Below, piece by piece: positions 51,901 to 61,160 of a stretch of DNA of 64,000 bases. Every line of letters begins with the position of its first letter. Position 1 is the stretch's first letter. Where the stretch lies: the sequence record SRR33789315_92; one strand, given 5' to 3'. The position numbers and the translations under genes were made by a program. Under the pieces are notes generated by a model that worked only from the letters and a program-made list of their open reading frames with translations, was not told the DNA's origin and made no database searches.

Positions 51901-52886
51901 CTCAACCTGGCACTGGTATCGGCTTAGCCTTAGTAAAAGAATTGATTGACTTACACCATGGGCGCGTTGAAGTCAGCAGTGAGTTGGGCCAGGGCAGCTG
52001 TTTTACCTTGTGGTTGCAACGAGGTAAACAACATTTTAATGAAGCTGAATTAGCGGAAAATATCGACCTGGCTTCAACGACTGAATCACTAACCAAAGCC
52101 CTCAGCCCCGTTGAATTACTCCCGCCCTTTACTTTGTCTGGCAAAGAAGATGTGGCTACCGTCCTGGTGGTGGATGATAATCTTGAGTTGCGCCAGTTTA
52201 TTGCCCTGCGTTTAGCTGGCTATTATTGTATTATACAAGCCGGCGACGGCGAGGAAGGGGTAGCCAAGGCCTTGACACTGTTACCCGATATTATAATTTC
52301 AGACGTGATGATGCCTAAAATGAATGGCATTGAGATGCTCACTGAGCTTAAAAAATATGCCAGTACCAATACTATTCCTCTTATTTTACTCAGTGCCAAA
52401 TCTGCCAAACGAGACACCGTTGCCGGTTTACAAACAGGGGCAGATGACTACTTAACTAAACCCTTTGATACATCAGAACTGATCGCACGGGTCGACGGTT
52501 TAATTAAAAGTCGCAAATTGATCCGCCAAAAACTGCAAAGTGAATTTATCTTAAGCGACAATCCAGAAACAAGCTCAAACAGTTTTGTAAGCAAGTTGCG
52601 TAAAGAGGTACTTGCCCATTTAACTAAAGCTGAGTTTTCTATTGATCTTTTAGCCCAATCAATGGCCATGAGCCGCCGTTCATTGAGTCGTAAATGTCAG
52701 GAAGAGTGTCAGCAGACACCTGGCCAATTTATTACTGAAATACGCATGCAAGCAGCACTTAAATTAATTAATGACAACAAACTCAGTTTAAGTGAAATAG
52801 CTTACGGTACTGGTTATGAAAGTTTGTCGTATTTTTCCCGTACCTTTAAAAAATTCTACGGTAAAAGTCCCTCAGCTATCGATTAA
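48912..52886 (+). CDS. Hybrid two-component system (beta-propeller sensor, Y_Y_Y, TM, HisKA, HATPase, REC, AraC HTH)
   Basis: Signal peptide; propeller repeats (EDKQGNIW); Y_Y_Y domain then PPWY-TM; SHEFRTPLT; NLLSNAIKY; SDVMMP; EIAYGTGYESLSYFSRTFKK. Confidence 0.93.
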   Translation: MKIIKLLILLVFTVNIQLLKANEYSQIGLPVSQVFGIKQHQGSDQNWWLSTTDDGLIYVGSGTGLSQWDGEQWHKYATPNNTRIRSIAPWADGGLYVGTIDEIGRFLPDELGRLHYQSLLENLPSEQRQFGEIWSTAANEHGVAFISNQQVYFWDGSQLQVLPNIPGGKHRLFALDGDFLFKQADDPTLYKIQIFASGTEFTLEATNFSLPAKSYVRSVFTNQAGKLVVVTSQHGVFEQNADELVLKVDAQLFGQDVIIYNSIQASDGFYYLASLYDGLFILKPSLELVRHYQQQDNLSANSWYSVLEDKQGNIWLSGIPNVIKIVPPHRYSTYDIGDNSTIIDKLAVANKQVIAAGDGLFGLTPAGVKLSPAKFDSLVVSKHINFDVLEYHGYFLYAGSGGVFARAINADTEDFENIIVTSWARGLSVDPISDTLFVASYAGLYHLTLDQQQWVAQLIEQTEDELEFVAVEDNGVVWAGTPSQELYRIENAQFAEHDTQVRKFTEQDGLPRGNVMPFKLPFGVGIATTDGLMDYRAGRVPELQFMSGLPAKFTIKGQDVFRLHADEQGRIWYRIGQDSGYIQQDETGVWQDNETLFKPFADSGFKDFLSVAENTIWFAQSSGEVYRANIELSELLPEPSQLAIRQITDLNNNSLLYGGLLPTATLPTLEHNGNSIRIAYSLTNPITKQSTLYRHRLLGSGHDDWSEWSREHQKDYTLLPGGEFSFELQAQDQWGRVYNQQLVFAVQPPWYLSHLAWFIYLTLLLLMLGMSGWLTQRWRTNKLRKQNLALEQTVTQRTQQLAVKVDELEQQKILKERFFTNVSHEFRTPLTLTIAPLQELLREQQELPQTIVYPVTTALNNAKNMLSLVGHILDINRLELGQFPLHIAQYNVAELITNVTQRFTTLASQQRQTLLITDAQDPLLLYCDRDQLDKCLANLLSNAIKYSGEKSKIVITLVRDETEVGIQVADNGTGIASDELANIFERYYQGKTAESVSQPGTGIGLALVKELIDLHHGRVEVSSELGQGSCFTLWLQRGKQHFNEAELAENIDLASTTESLTKALSPVELLPPFTLSGKEDVATVLVVDDNLELRQFIALRLAGYYCIIQAGDGEEGVAKALTLLPDIIISDVMMPKMNGIEMLTELKKYASTNTIPLILLSAKSAKRDTVAGLQTGADDYLTKPFDTSELIARVDGLIKSRKLIRQKLQSEFILSDNPETSSNSFVSKLRKEVLAHLTKAEFSIDLLAQSMAMSRRSLSRKCQEECQQTPGQFITEIRMQAALKLINDNKLSLSEIAYGTGYESLSYFSRTFKKFYGKSPSAID

Positions 52887-52932
52887 ATAGTGACAGAACT
52901 AAACACGCTCTTAGCCCCATGTACTGTGTAAC

Positions 52933-52997
52933 TTGGCCAGTTTGTGCAAACAATTGGCCAAAAAGTACAAACCACTTTTCCCACTTAACTCTATGAT
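52933..52997 (+). promoter_or_regulatory. AraC-type tandem direct repeat overlapping the -35 position, with -10 TATGAT
   Basis: TTGGCCAgtttGTGCAAAC (52933) and TTGGCCAaaaaGTACAAAC (52954), 21-bp period; TATGAT at 52992-52997. Confidence 0.6.
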
Positions 52998-53135
52998 ATC
53001 AATTATAAAAAGTCTGAAATCAAACTAGCCAAATTAGTTCATGACGTTAAAAAGTGCATTAAGCCCGAACACTTAGTTAATCAAACTGCATTGCAGAATA
53101 TGGATTAATTTAGGGCAAACTTTTCAGGAGAAACC

Positions 53136-56100
53136 ATGTTAAAACTAGCCACTACTTACCTGCCACAAAAAACCGGATTGGCCATTGCCATATCGACTGC
53201 CTTGTACTTATGGGGAGCACCGAGTGCCTTAGCCGGTGAAGTATCACAAAAAGTTACCTTGGCAACTAGTGGGCAAAGTATGTGGGGCACTGGCGGTTCT
53301 GTGGCTTTTTCTAATCTGGACAAACCTTTATTTTTAGGTGCGCAGTGGGATAAAAGTGGCAAAATTTTTGAAGTGGGTAGTGCAACGTGGGGCAGCAATG
53401 GTTTAAGAGTTGATGGTGCGACAAGCGGCAGAATTGGCTTGGAAACCGGTTGGGAAATAGACAGTGGTACGGTCAATGCAAGTCTGCCTTTTGAATTTAC
53501 TTTTGATTTACCTGATTTTAATGATTTGCAAAACAATCAAGCTTTTTCCATGGGGGTCATTAATTCCACCCTGTTAAATAGTGCTTTTTTACAAACCATC
53601 TCGCCAACAATTCAAACCTACGTTGATTTTATTGTTGAAGCTAACGCATCAGTTACCGCAACAGGCTGCTATGACGTTTGGGTGGATACAGACTGTGGTA
53701 GTAAAAAGAAAAACCTGTTCAATATCAACGAAAGCTTTGAGTTGTTATCACTTAATCGTGACAAAGATGGTGAAGTAAGAGTATTGGATGGTTTTAGTAC
53801 TTTGTTTGCTGTGGGTGAGTCGGTAGCCAGTGTGGTTGAAGTGACAGAAGAAAAGGATCCCGATGATCCTGAAGGCAAAAAGAAGAAAAAAGTTTCCATT
53901 GATTTAAAACCAAAAGTCAGTATTGGTAGTTCGCCCTTAGTTGAGGTGGATGTGCGTTTGCCCGACATCATTGAAAAAGAATACTTAGGCGGTGCTGGTC
54001 TTAATGTTGGGGCCAGTGGTGTAAAAGATGTGTTGTCTACTAGTGGCTCGGATAACTTTTTAGATATCAGTTTAGATGTGGATCAATTAGGTACCAGCTT
54101 AGGCATATTACCGCCTTTAGGCGTCACCGCAGACGTGGATTTTGGTATTGGTAGTGTATCGGCATCGGTGGATTTAATCGATTTAACGCTAACGCCTTCT
54201 TTAGCCTTAACGCAAGACTTTAGCTTGTCTATCGGCAAAATCGGTATTAGCTATGCCTTCGATGAAGCGGTATTGGCTGGCGTAAGTGGTGGGCTATTAA
54301 GTAGTGTGACTCGCCTAGATAATCTCAATTTAAATCAGCAAATCGACGTCACCTGGACCGACGATAAAAATTTAGGGATCACGCCGATTTATAGCGTGGA
54401 TGTCAGTTTAACCAACAAAACTGGTTTGCGGATTGATACCACCTTTGACATTGATCTTCTTAAAGGCAGTATTTCAGGTGAAGTGTTTGGCATTGACATG
54501 GGCAATTCTAACTTTGGGCCTTTAGCTTCAATTCCTTTTGATTTAGGCAGCATTGAGCTCCCGCCATTGTTTAATAACACCTTTGCTTTGGCTGGTTTTG
54601 GCGACCAAGCAGGCAGTAAATTTTTATTTAGTACCGACAATGTTGACTTAAAGGCGGGCTGGCATTATTGGAATACTGCCAGCAGTTGGGAAGGTGACAG
54701 TGTTCCTTTAATTAATGATGTGACGATACGAAATCATAACAACAATGCCAGTTATGATACCGTTGCGCTCGTTACAGACAATGCACAAAGCGGTGCTCTG
54801 AGTATTTATGGTGCCAGTGGAGTTTTGATTGATACTGGCGGTGTATTGTCAGTTGGTGGCGATTTTATTCGCTTAGATTCTGTCCAGAGTGCATTAAATG
54901 TGGCCAGTAATGGCCAGCTAAAATTGAGCAATATGGATATTATCGGTGAGGGCAGCATTCAGTTAAGTGATACCGCCAATCTCAGTTCACTTGGCAGTAA
55001 AGCCAATGTGAAGTTACAAGGCGCCACGATAGATTCATGGAGTGGTAACGCCACTATCAGCGATATTGATTTGGAACTGAGTAACGACAGTACTATTACC
55101 GCCAGTAACAGCAGTTTAAATATCAATAATTCCTCAATAAAAGGCGATGGTTACACCACACTTAGCACGGCTAATTATGGCTCTATGGCCTTTAATTCTG
55201 CGAAGTTAGACAGCGTCAATTTAAACGGTGAGTTTTATATAGGTGATAAAAATAATACTCAGTGCGTCTATTACGATCCAGAGGCTGGCTGTTATCTGGT
55301 ACAAAATATTAATAATGTCGAATGGAAAGCGGGTACCTCAGGCGTACTAGCATTAGAAGGTAGTATCGAAGTATTCAGTTTCGGTGGAAGTGGCGTTGCA
55401 GCCAATGTTAAAGCGCTGATTTTAGATGGAAGTGAGCAGAGTAATGTTCTAGTTAACAATGGCGATATTATTATTTCGTCAGACAATGACGGCAAGGTGA
55501 TCAATAGTTTTGGTATCGCCAATCAATCATCACTCACTGTCAAAAAAGATTTTACCTTAGCAGGGGATGGCACGGTTACTTTGTGGGGAGCACAAGATAG
55601 TGTAAACCGCATGGGCGAGGGGGCGGCACTTCGCGCCAGTGGTTCAGGCATCGATTTAGTCAATGGTGCTGAACATACTATTCGTGGTAACGGGGCAATC
55701 GTCGGATTTGCCAGCATTGATAATCAAGGCACCGTCGTTGCACAAGGCGACGAGTTATATTTGGCCAACACTTCGCTAACTAATAATGGTAATTTGGGCG
55801 CAGATTCTGGCGGTAACTTATATACCACAAGCGCTTGGAGCAATAACGGTCGTGTATTTGCCAACGGTACTGGCACTGTTACAAACGATATATTATTAGC
55901 ACAAGGCACAACTAACCTTACTAATTTAACTGTTGCTGGCAACAGTATCAGTTTAACCGACGGTCTATGGGAAGCCAGCAACGGTGGCAGAATCGATCTT
56001 GGCCGTGCATCCGCAGCGAGTAATTATACAGGCTTTAATAATAGTGCCGACATTCGTTTAGATGGCGCAACCGCAGAGATTAAAGTCGCTAAATCTATCG

Positions 56101-58613
56101 AAAACTTTGTGTTATTTAACAACCAACAAGATGGTTCATTGAGCTTAAGTAATGGCGCGTCTTTCGACTCTACCAAACTGCAAAATTCTGGAACGATTAA
56201 TTTAGCTAATGCCACAGTTAAAGGCCTTGAAAACCAAACTGGCGGTTTAGTGCAGGGCCATGGGCAAGTTTATATAAATCACACGACTGATGCCTCTACT
56301 GGGGTAAGACAACTGATTAACGAAGGCACCATTCGTTCCGACGGTGGCTACTTGGCGATTAGTAACCTTGATAATAGTGTGCCGAGTACCTTTATTAACC
56401 GTGGCACGGTTGAGGTGATGGGTGGTTCAAACCTAAATTTTGGCGGCTATACCTACAATGTATTTAATGGCACCGGGGGCACTTGGGCTGCTTATGGTGA
56501 AACGGCTGAAGCCACTATTGCGCTGCGTAACTTTAGCACCACAGATTTAGGCGCAGATGGTGTGACCAATCTAGATAATGTCACCGTAAAACTCAGCGGT
56601 GCTTATGCTAATTTAGAAGCGCAATATCCAACAGATGGCCCAACTAAGATCATCAATCTGCAAGAATCTCTGCAAGACATCAATGCAACCGCAAGCCTGC
56701 ATTTGGCTAATGGCCAGCAGTTTGTTGCTAGCAATGATATTGATAATAAAGGCCAAATTAAACTGCAAGCGGCTGACTTAAGCGTGAGCAATATAGTTAA
56801 CAGCGGGACAGTGAGCGGCCATGGTGATCTTGTTACTAACAACATTGAAAATAGTGGTGTTATTAGTGCGGTAGGTGGGCAGCTTAACCTGCACAATACG
56901 ATTACCAACAGCGGTAGTATTCAAACCGGTGAGCAATATGGCGATGTATTACATTTAAATTCTGCCACCATCAACGGTGGTAATGTAACTGTAGGCCAAA
57001 ATGCACTACTTAACGGTGATGGTGTCTTACATAATGTGCTGCTCGACAACCAAGGCACTATTTCTGCGGATGCGACTGGCTTAAGTATGAACCTTGCCAG
57101 TGGTTCAAGTAACAGTGGTTTGATAGAAGTCAGCTCGGGTGTACTCGCATTACAAGGTGATAGCTTGCAAAATGCCGGTGGTTTACTTGCCGCCAGAGCC
57201 AATAGCGAGTTGCAACTGCAAGGCATAACCGTGCTGGGTGGTGCTATTGATGTAGTAGGCAATGGTTCAGTATTAAGTGGTTATGGCACCTTGGATAATA
57301 TTGCTCTGCAAATATCGGAAGGTACGGTTACTGCTAATGTGAATGGCCAGCGTTTAACTCTAGACCCTGGCGATGCCGCACAATTGATGCGCGCTACTTT
57401 GCGGGCCGAAAATGGCGGTATTTTATTGTTAACTCAAGGTGATTTTGATAACGGCGGTGGCACCTTAATTCAAGCCAGAGAAGGCTCGGTGGTTGAGATT
57501 AAAAATATCTCCATGAATGGTGGCAGGTTAGAAACCATAGGTGATGGCAAAATCATTGATCTTGGCTCAAGTGATTTTACTAACATGAGTTTTAACGCGA
57601 ATACCGAAGTGGCCAACGGCGGAGAATTTAACTTACATGGCACTATCATCAATACCTCGTCACTCACCGCCTTAAACGGTGGTGAAATTGTCATGCATGA
57701 TGCCAATCTAACCGCTTATACCTTAAAAACTATTACTCATCCTGATGGCAGTGTGACCTTTGAACCGGTAGCCAGTGATGGGCAATTAAATATCGCCGCT
57801 GGTGGTACTTTTAAAGGTGAGGGTAGAGTGGATGAGCTCGCTATGGATAACCAAGGCACTATTCATGCCGATGGCACTAAAGCATTAATTTTTGATTTAA
57901 AAGGCGACTTATTTACTAACAATGGCACGGTTGAAGTTAGCGGTGCGGGCGGTATGCAAATTGACGACAATCAAGTGCTTAATAATGGCAAAGTGAATGT
58001 TCAATCAACCTTGACCTTAGCTAACAACTTTATTCAACAAGGTGGTGAACTGAATGTTGATGGTGAGTTGGTGGCCAGTAACGTGACTATTGATAAAGGC
58101 AGTTTAGCTGGTAGTGGTGTAGTGGATGCTGATGTAACAGTGAACGAAGATGGAAGGATAGGCCGTGGCAGTTTGATCTTAATGCAAGATTTAAATTTAT
58201 TTGGCACCCTTGAAGTTGATATGAATAAATCCAGTCTGTTTAATATGTTAGATGTTAGAGGCATAGTAACAGTAGATTCTACGACAAAGTTTGATTTAGT
58301 TTTTGCACCTGATTATGACCCATTAGCGGGTGTCGACTTTGATTTTGACTTTATTAAAAACTTTGTTGGTTTTGATTTATTAAGTGTGACTAACTTTATT
58401 GTTACCGGTTTAAGTGACGCTTTTGATTGGGCAGTGGTGTGGGATGAAATCAACGGCGGATTTGCAGTGGATATATTTGACGACAAGTCAGATGTTAGCG
58501 CTGATGTTCCTGAACCTTATACAGTCATGCTCTTCCTATTTGGTATCGCCTTTTTGATTTTACGTCGTAAAGAACCGGCGCCAAAACGTAAGAGTGATTT
58601 AACAGATAATTGA
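53136..58613 (+). CDS. Giant PEP-CTERM surface protein with beta-helix-like repeats
   Basis: Signal peptide (ALA-G); more than 1000 aa of Gly/Asn-rich NxGxIxA repeats; C-terminal VPEP, hydrophobic helix, then RRK. Confidence 0.85.
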   Translation: MLKLATTYLPQKTGLAIAISTALYLWGAPSALAGEVSQKVTLATSGQSMWGTGGSVAFSNLDKPLFLGAQWDKSGKIFEVGSATWGSNGLRVDGATSGRIGLETGWEIDSGTVNASLPFEFTFDLPDFNDLQNNQAFSMGVINSTLLNSAFLQTISPTIQTYVDFIVEANASVTATGCYDVWVDTDCGSKKKNLFNINESFELLSLNRDKDGEVRVLDGFSTLFAVGESVASVVEVTEEKDPDDPEGKKKKKVSIDLKPKVSIGSSPLVEVDVRLPDIIEKEYLGGAGLNVGASGVKDVLSTSGSDNFLDISLDVDQLGTSLGILPPLGVTADVDFGIGSVSASVDLIDLTLTPSLALTQDFSLSIGKIGISYAFDEAVLAGVSGGLLSSVTRLDNLNLNQQIDVTWTDDKNLGITPIYSVDVSLTNKTGLRIDTTFDIDLLKGSISGEVFGIDMGNSNFGPLASIPFDLGSIELPPLFNNTFALAGFGDQAGSKFLFSTDNVDLKAGWHYWNTASSWEGDSVPLINDVTIRNHNNNASYDTVALVTDNAQSGALSIYGASGVLIDTGGVLSVGGDFIRLDSVQSALNVASNGQLKLSNMDIIGEGSIQLSDTANLSSLGSKANVKLQGATIDSWSGNATISDIDLELSNDSTITASNSSLNINNSSIKGDGYTTLSTANYGSMAFNSAKLDSVNLNGEFYIGDKNNTQCVYYDPEAGCYLVQNINNVEWKAGTSGVLALEGSIEVFSFGGSGVAANVKALILDGSEQSNVLVNNGDIIISSDNDGKVINSFGIANQSSLTVKKDFTLAGDGTVTLWGAQDSVNRMGEGAALRASGSGIDLVNGAEHTIRGNGAIVGFASIDNQGTVVAQGDELYLANTSLTNNGNLGADSGGNLYTTSAWSNNGRVFANGTGTVTNDILLAQGTTNLTNLTVAGNSISLTDGLWEASNGGRIDLGRASAASNYTGFNNSADIRLDGATAEIKVAKSIENFVLFNNQQDGSLSLSNGASFDSTKLQNSGTINLANATVKGLENQTGGLVQGHGQVYINHTTDASTGVRQLINEGTIRSDGGYLAISNLDNSVPSTFINRGTVEVMGGSNLNFGGYTYNVFNGTGGTWAAYGETAEATIALRNFSTTDLGADGVTNLDNVTVKLSGAYANLEAQYPTDGPTKIINLQESLQDINATASLHLANGQQFVASNDIDNKGQIKLQAADLSVSNIVNSGTVSGHGDLVTNNIENSGVISAVGGQLNLHNTITNSGSIQTGEQYGDVLHLNSATINGGNVTVGQNALLNGDGVLHNVLLDNQGTISADATGLSMNLASGSSNSGLIEVSSGVLALQGDSLQNAGGLLAARANSELQLQGITVLGGAIDVVGNGSVLSGYGTLDNIALQISEGTVTANVNGQRLTLDPGDAAQLMRATLRAENGGILLLTQGDFDNGGGTLIQAREGSVVEIKNISMNGGRLETIGDGKIIDLGSSDFTNMSFNANTEVANGGEFNLHGTIINTSSLTALNGGEIVMHDANLTAYTLKTITHPDGSVTFEPVASDGQLNIAAGGTFKGEGRVDELAMDNQGTIHADGTKALIFDLKGDLFTNNGTVEVSGAGGMQIDDNQVLNNGKVNVQSTLTLANNFIQQGGELNVDGELVASNVTIDKGSLAGSGVVDADVTVNEDGRIGRGSLILMQDLNLFGTLEVDMNKSSLFNMLDVRGIVTVDSTTKFDLVFAPDYDPLAGVDFDFDFIKNFVGFDLLSVTNFIVTGLSDAFDWAVVWDEINGGFAVDIFDDKSDVSADVPEPYTVMLFLFGIAFLILRRKEPAPKRKSDLTDN

Positions 58614-58639
58614 TCTGTTAATAAAAAAGTAAATGTGTA

Positions 58640-58663
58640 AAAACCGGTGTGACGACCGGTTTT
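58640..58663. terminator. Bidirectional terminator
   Basis: AAAACCGGT-gtgacg-ACCGGTTTT between convergent genes. Confidence 0.75.
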
Positions 58664-58680
58664 GTCATTTTTACTCTGAG

Positions 58681-59856
58681 TTATTTGAGTAAAAATTGAT
58701 GATGGTATTTGCTCGCTTCCGTTGCTGCTAAAACAAAATGGTAGAGCGTACTGGCGGGAGCATGATCGCTGAGTACTTGGTTATCTTCGTCCACTTTATC
58801 GATATAACTACCTTTGATTTTAGGGTGTAGGTAGTAGTCAAATAAGAGTTGAATGCCCAGTGATGCCTTCTCTTCATAGTACTTACGTTGGCTGTCGTGC
58901 TGCAAAGAAGCTTGCGCCAAGCTGGCTTTTATTAATTCAGTTAATGGCCAGCAGCGTTTAGTGCCATTGATTACTTTACCTTGCTTGTCAACAGCGTCAT
59001 AGATTAATTGGCTGAGTGGGTCAAAGCCTATGGCTATGGCATTTTGATATAGTGCATCACAATAATGACCTGTAGGTGTGGCGGTTAAACGTTCGTACCA
59101 ACGTAATAGCCAAACCCATTCAAACATATGTCCTGGCTCGACTGTTTTACCTAGGTAATTTTTCGCCAATTGCCAATCTAATTCAAAAAATTCTCGTAAT
59201 ATTCCGGATTTTGGGTCGAAGAATACCTGTTCAAATAAGCTGAATACTTGGCCGGCCTTGGCCAACCATTTACTATCATGGGTAACTTCGTAGCCCGTCA
59301 TAAAGGCTTCAAACAAGTGCATGTGTGGGTTTTGACGGCGTATGGGAGAGAAGTAATTACCTTCTAACCAACCTGCAGAGCTATTCTTAAAATGGCATTC
59401 TATATAGGCCAATAGTTGGTTGGCTTCGTCCAGTGCCGATGTATCTTGATAGGCGTTAAATCGATGAAAACAGGCTAATAAATAAAAGGCAAAATCATAG
59501 GTGTCGAGCTTAGGTTCAAGTATTTTATTGTCGGGCGTTAGGCACTGCGCGTAGCCTGCAATACTGGGGGAAATTTTCCCATGAGTTTTCATAAAAGCAA
59601 CAATGTTATTAGCTAAAGGCAAGCTGTTTGTAAGCCATCCTTGTTGCTGTGCAATGCTAAAAACCACTATTTGTCTGGCTTGTACTCTAGTTCTTTGGTT
59701 TACATTGATATCAGGCTGTCCATTAAATAATAACTGTTCATACACCGCCCCCGTCTTTGGATTAATTCCTGCGCTTGCCCAGTACGGCAAAGCATCTTCA
59801 TTTATCCAAGTTGGTAATCGTTCTATTTGTTGTTTTAATGTACTTGTATTTGACAT
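58681..59856 (-). CDS. AGE (N-acylglucosamine 2-epimerase) superfamily isomerase/epimerase
   Basis: RVQARQ, RQNPHMHLFEA, EPGHMFEW, WPLTE and PASTLYH motifs. Confidence 0.85.
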   Translation of the reverse strand: MSNTSTLKQQIERLPTWINEDALPYWASAGINPKTGAVYEQLLFNGQPDINVNQRTRVQARQIVVFSIAQQQGWLTNSLPLANNIVAFMKTHGKISPSIAGYAQCLTPDNKILEPKLDTYDFAFYLLACFHRFNAYQDTSALDEANQLLAYIECHFKNSSAGWLEGNYFSPIRRQNPHMHLFEAFMTGYEVTHDSKWLAKAGQVFSLFEQVFFDPKSGILREFFELDWQLAKNYLGKTVEPGHMFEWVWLLRWYERLTATPTGHYCDALYQNAIAIGFDPLSQLIYDAVDKQGKVINGTKRCWPLTELIKASLAQASLQHDSQRKYYEEKASLGIQLLFDYYLHPKIKGSYIDKVDEDNQVLSDHAPASTLYHFVLAATEASKYHHQFLLK

Positions 59857-59889
59857 GATGAAACTGATTGACGACGAGATATTATGAAT

Positions 59890-59901
59890 GTAACCCGTTA
59901 C
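59890..59901. promoter_or_regulatory. LacI-type operator (GTAACCCGTTAC)
   Basis: One mismatch, within the extended palindrome AATGTAAC-cc-GTTACATT upstream of the AGE gene. Confidence 0.75.
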
Positions 59902-59967
59902 ATTTGTGTCGGCAAGTAAAAATATAAGATTTTTACTTTAGACTCATCTAATAGGGTTAAATCAAAG

Positions 59968-60963
59968 CTAAGTGCGCGGTGGTGCGGTACTTTGACGAAT
60001 AATAAACTCAATGGGTAATACATATTCTGTTTGAGCCGGTTGTTGTTCTAATAATAATTGAAAAAGCAACTCAGCAGAACGTTCGCCAATTTTTTCTGCG
60101 GGCTGCGCCACAGTGGTTAAAGGGGGATCACAATAACGTGATACATCTAAATCATCGAAACCGGTAATTGAAATATCTTGCGGGAGGCGTAAGCCCTTAG
60201 ATTTAAGGCCTTTCATCGCGCCAATAGCCATTTCATCATTCATGCAGAATATGGCAGTAGGAATATCTTGCATACGACTAAAATGTTCGCTGGCTTGTAA
60301 GCCTGACCATAAAGTAAAGTCACCTTCGGCTAGCAGTTTTTCATCATACTCAATATTTGCTTCAGCTAGTGCTTGTTTATAGCCTTTTAAGCGGTCAATG
60401 GTATGCGGGTTATTATGAAGGCCGCTTATCACTCCAATGCGCTTATGACCCAATGAAATTAAATACTTAACCACTTCTTTTGCTACGCCTACATTATCGA
60501 TACGTACTGTGGGATAGGGGGTGTTTTCACAACCACTGGCGTTGACGGCCGGTACTCTAGATATTGGCAATAAAGAATCATTTTCGCTATAAGGACGTAA
60601 CTGTATAATGCCGTCTGCTTGGCGCGTTTCAACTAAACTAATATATTGTTTTTCCAAAGCTTTTGAGTCACGAGTATCACCGAGTAATACGCTAAAACCT
60701 TTTTTTTGCGCCACACTCTCAATACCACTGATGACTTTGGCAAAAAATAAGTTGGCAATATCAGGTACCAATATAATAATGGTATTGGCTTGTTTATTAC
60801 GGAATTTTTGCGACAGCATATTGGGCCGGTATTGTAATTTCTCGATTGCATCATGTACTTTTTTTAGGCTTTCTTTTGTGACTTTTTCTGGCGAACTTAA
60901 GGCCCTTGAAACGGTGGCGATTGACAGGCCAGCCTCTTTTGATACATCTCTAATGGTCGACAA
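59968..60963 (-). CDS. LacI-family transcriptional regulator (probable mannan-locus repressor)
   Basis: TIRDVSKEAGLSIATVSRAL HTH, YRPN hinge and ISITGFDD..PPLTTVAQP; flanked by operator copies. Confidence 0.95.
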   Translation of the reverse strand: MSTIRDVSKEAGLSIATVSRALSSPEKVTKESLKKVHDAIEKLQYRPNMLSQKFRNKQANTIIILVPDIANLFFAKVISGIESVAQKKGFSVLLGDTRDSKALEKQYISLVETRQADGIIQLRPYSENDSLLPISRVPAVNASGCENTPYPTVRIDNVGVAKEVVKYLISLGHKRIGVISGLHNNPHTIDRLKGYKQALAEANIEYDEKLLAEGDFTLWSGLQASEHFSRMQDIPTAIFCMNDEMAIGAMKGLKSKGLRLPQDISITGFDDLDVSRYCDPPLTTVAQPAEKIGERSAELLFQLLLEQQPAQTEYVLPIEFIIRQSTAPPRT

Positions 60964-61055
60964 ATTATAACTCCAACGGCGTACTTACTTATAGTTAATG
61001 AAACATTTTACATTATTTTTAACTTATCGGTAGAAACGCCAATAAAAATAGCTTG

Positions 61056-61133
61056 ATAACCGGTTACATTTAAGTAACAATTTCACTTCTTTAAGGTAAC
61101 CGGTTACATTTTGAGTTGGAAGTAACGGGTTAA
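61056..61133. promoter_or_regulatory. Cluster of LacI-type operators between lacI and the symporter
   Basis: ATAACCGGTTAC (61056), GTAACCGGTTAC (61096) and GTAACGGGTTAA (61122). Confidence 0.8.
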
Positions 61134-61160
61134 TAAGCAAAACCCCATTAAGTGATATCA

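Noticed and set aside
53136-58613. Classical autotransporter (possible TamAB substrate)
   Set aside because: There is no C-terminal beta-barrel or terminal aromatic residue; it ends in a PEP-CTERM sorting signal.
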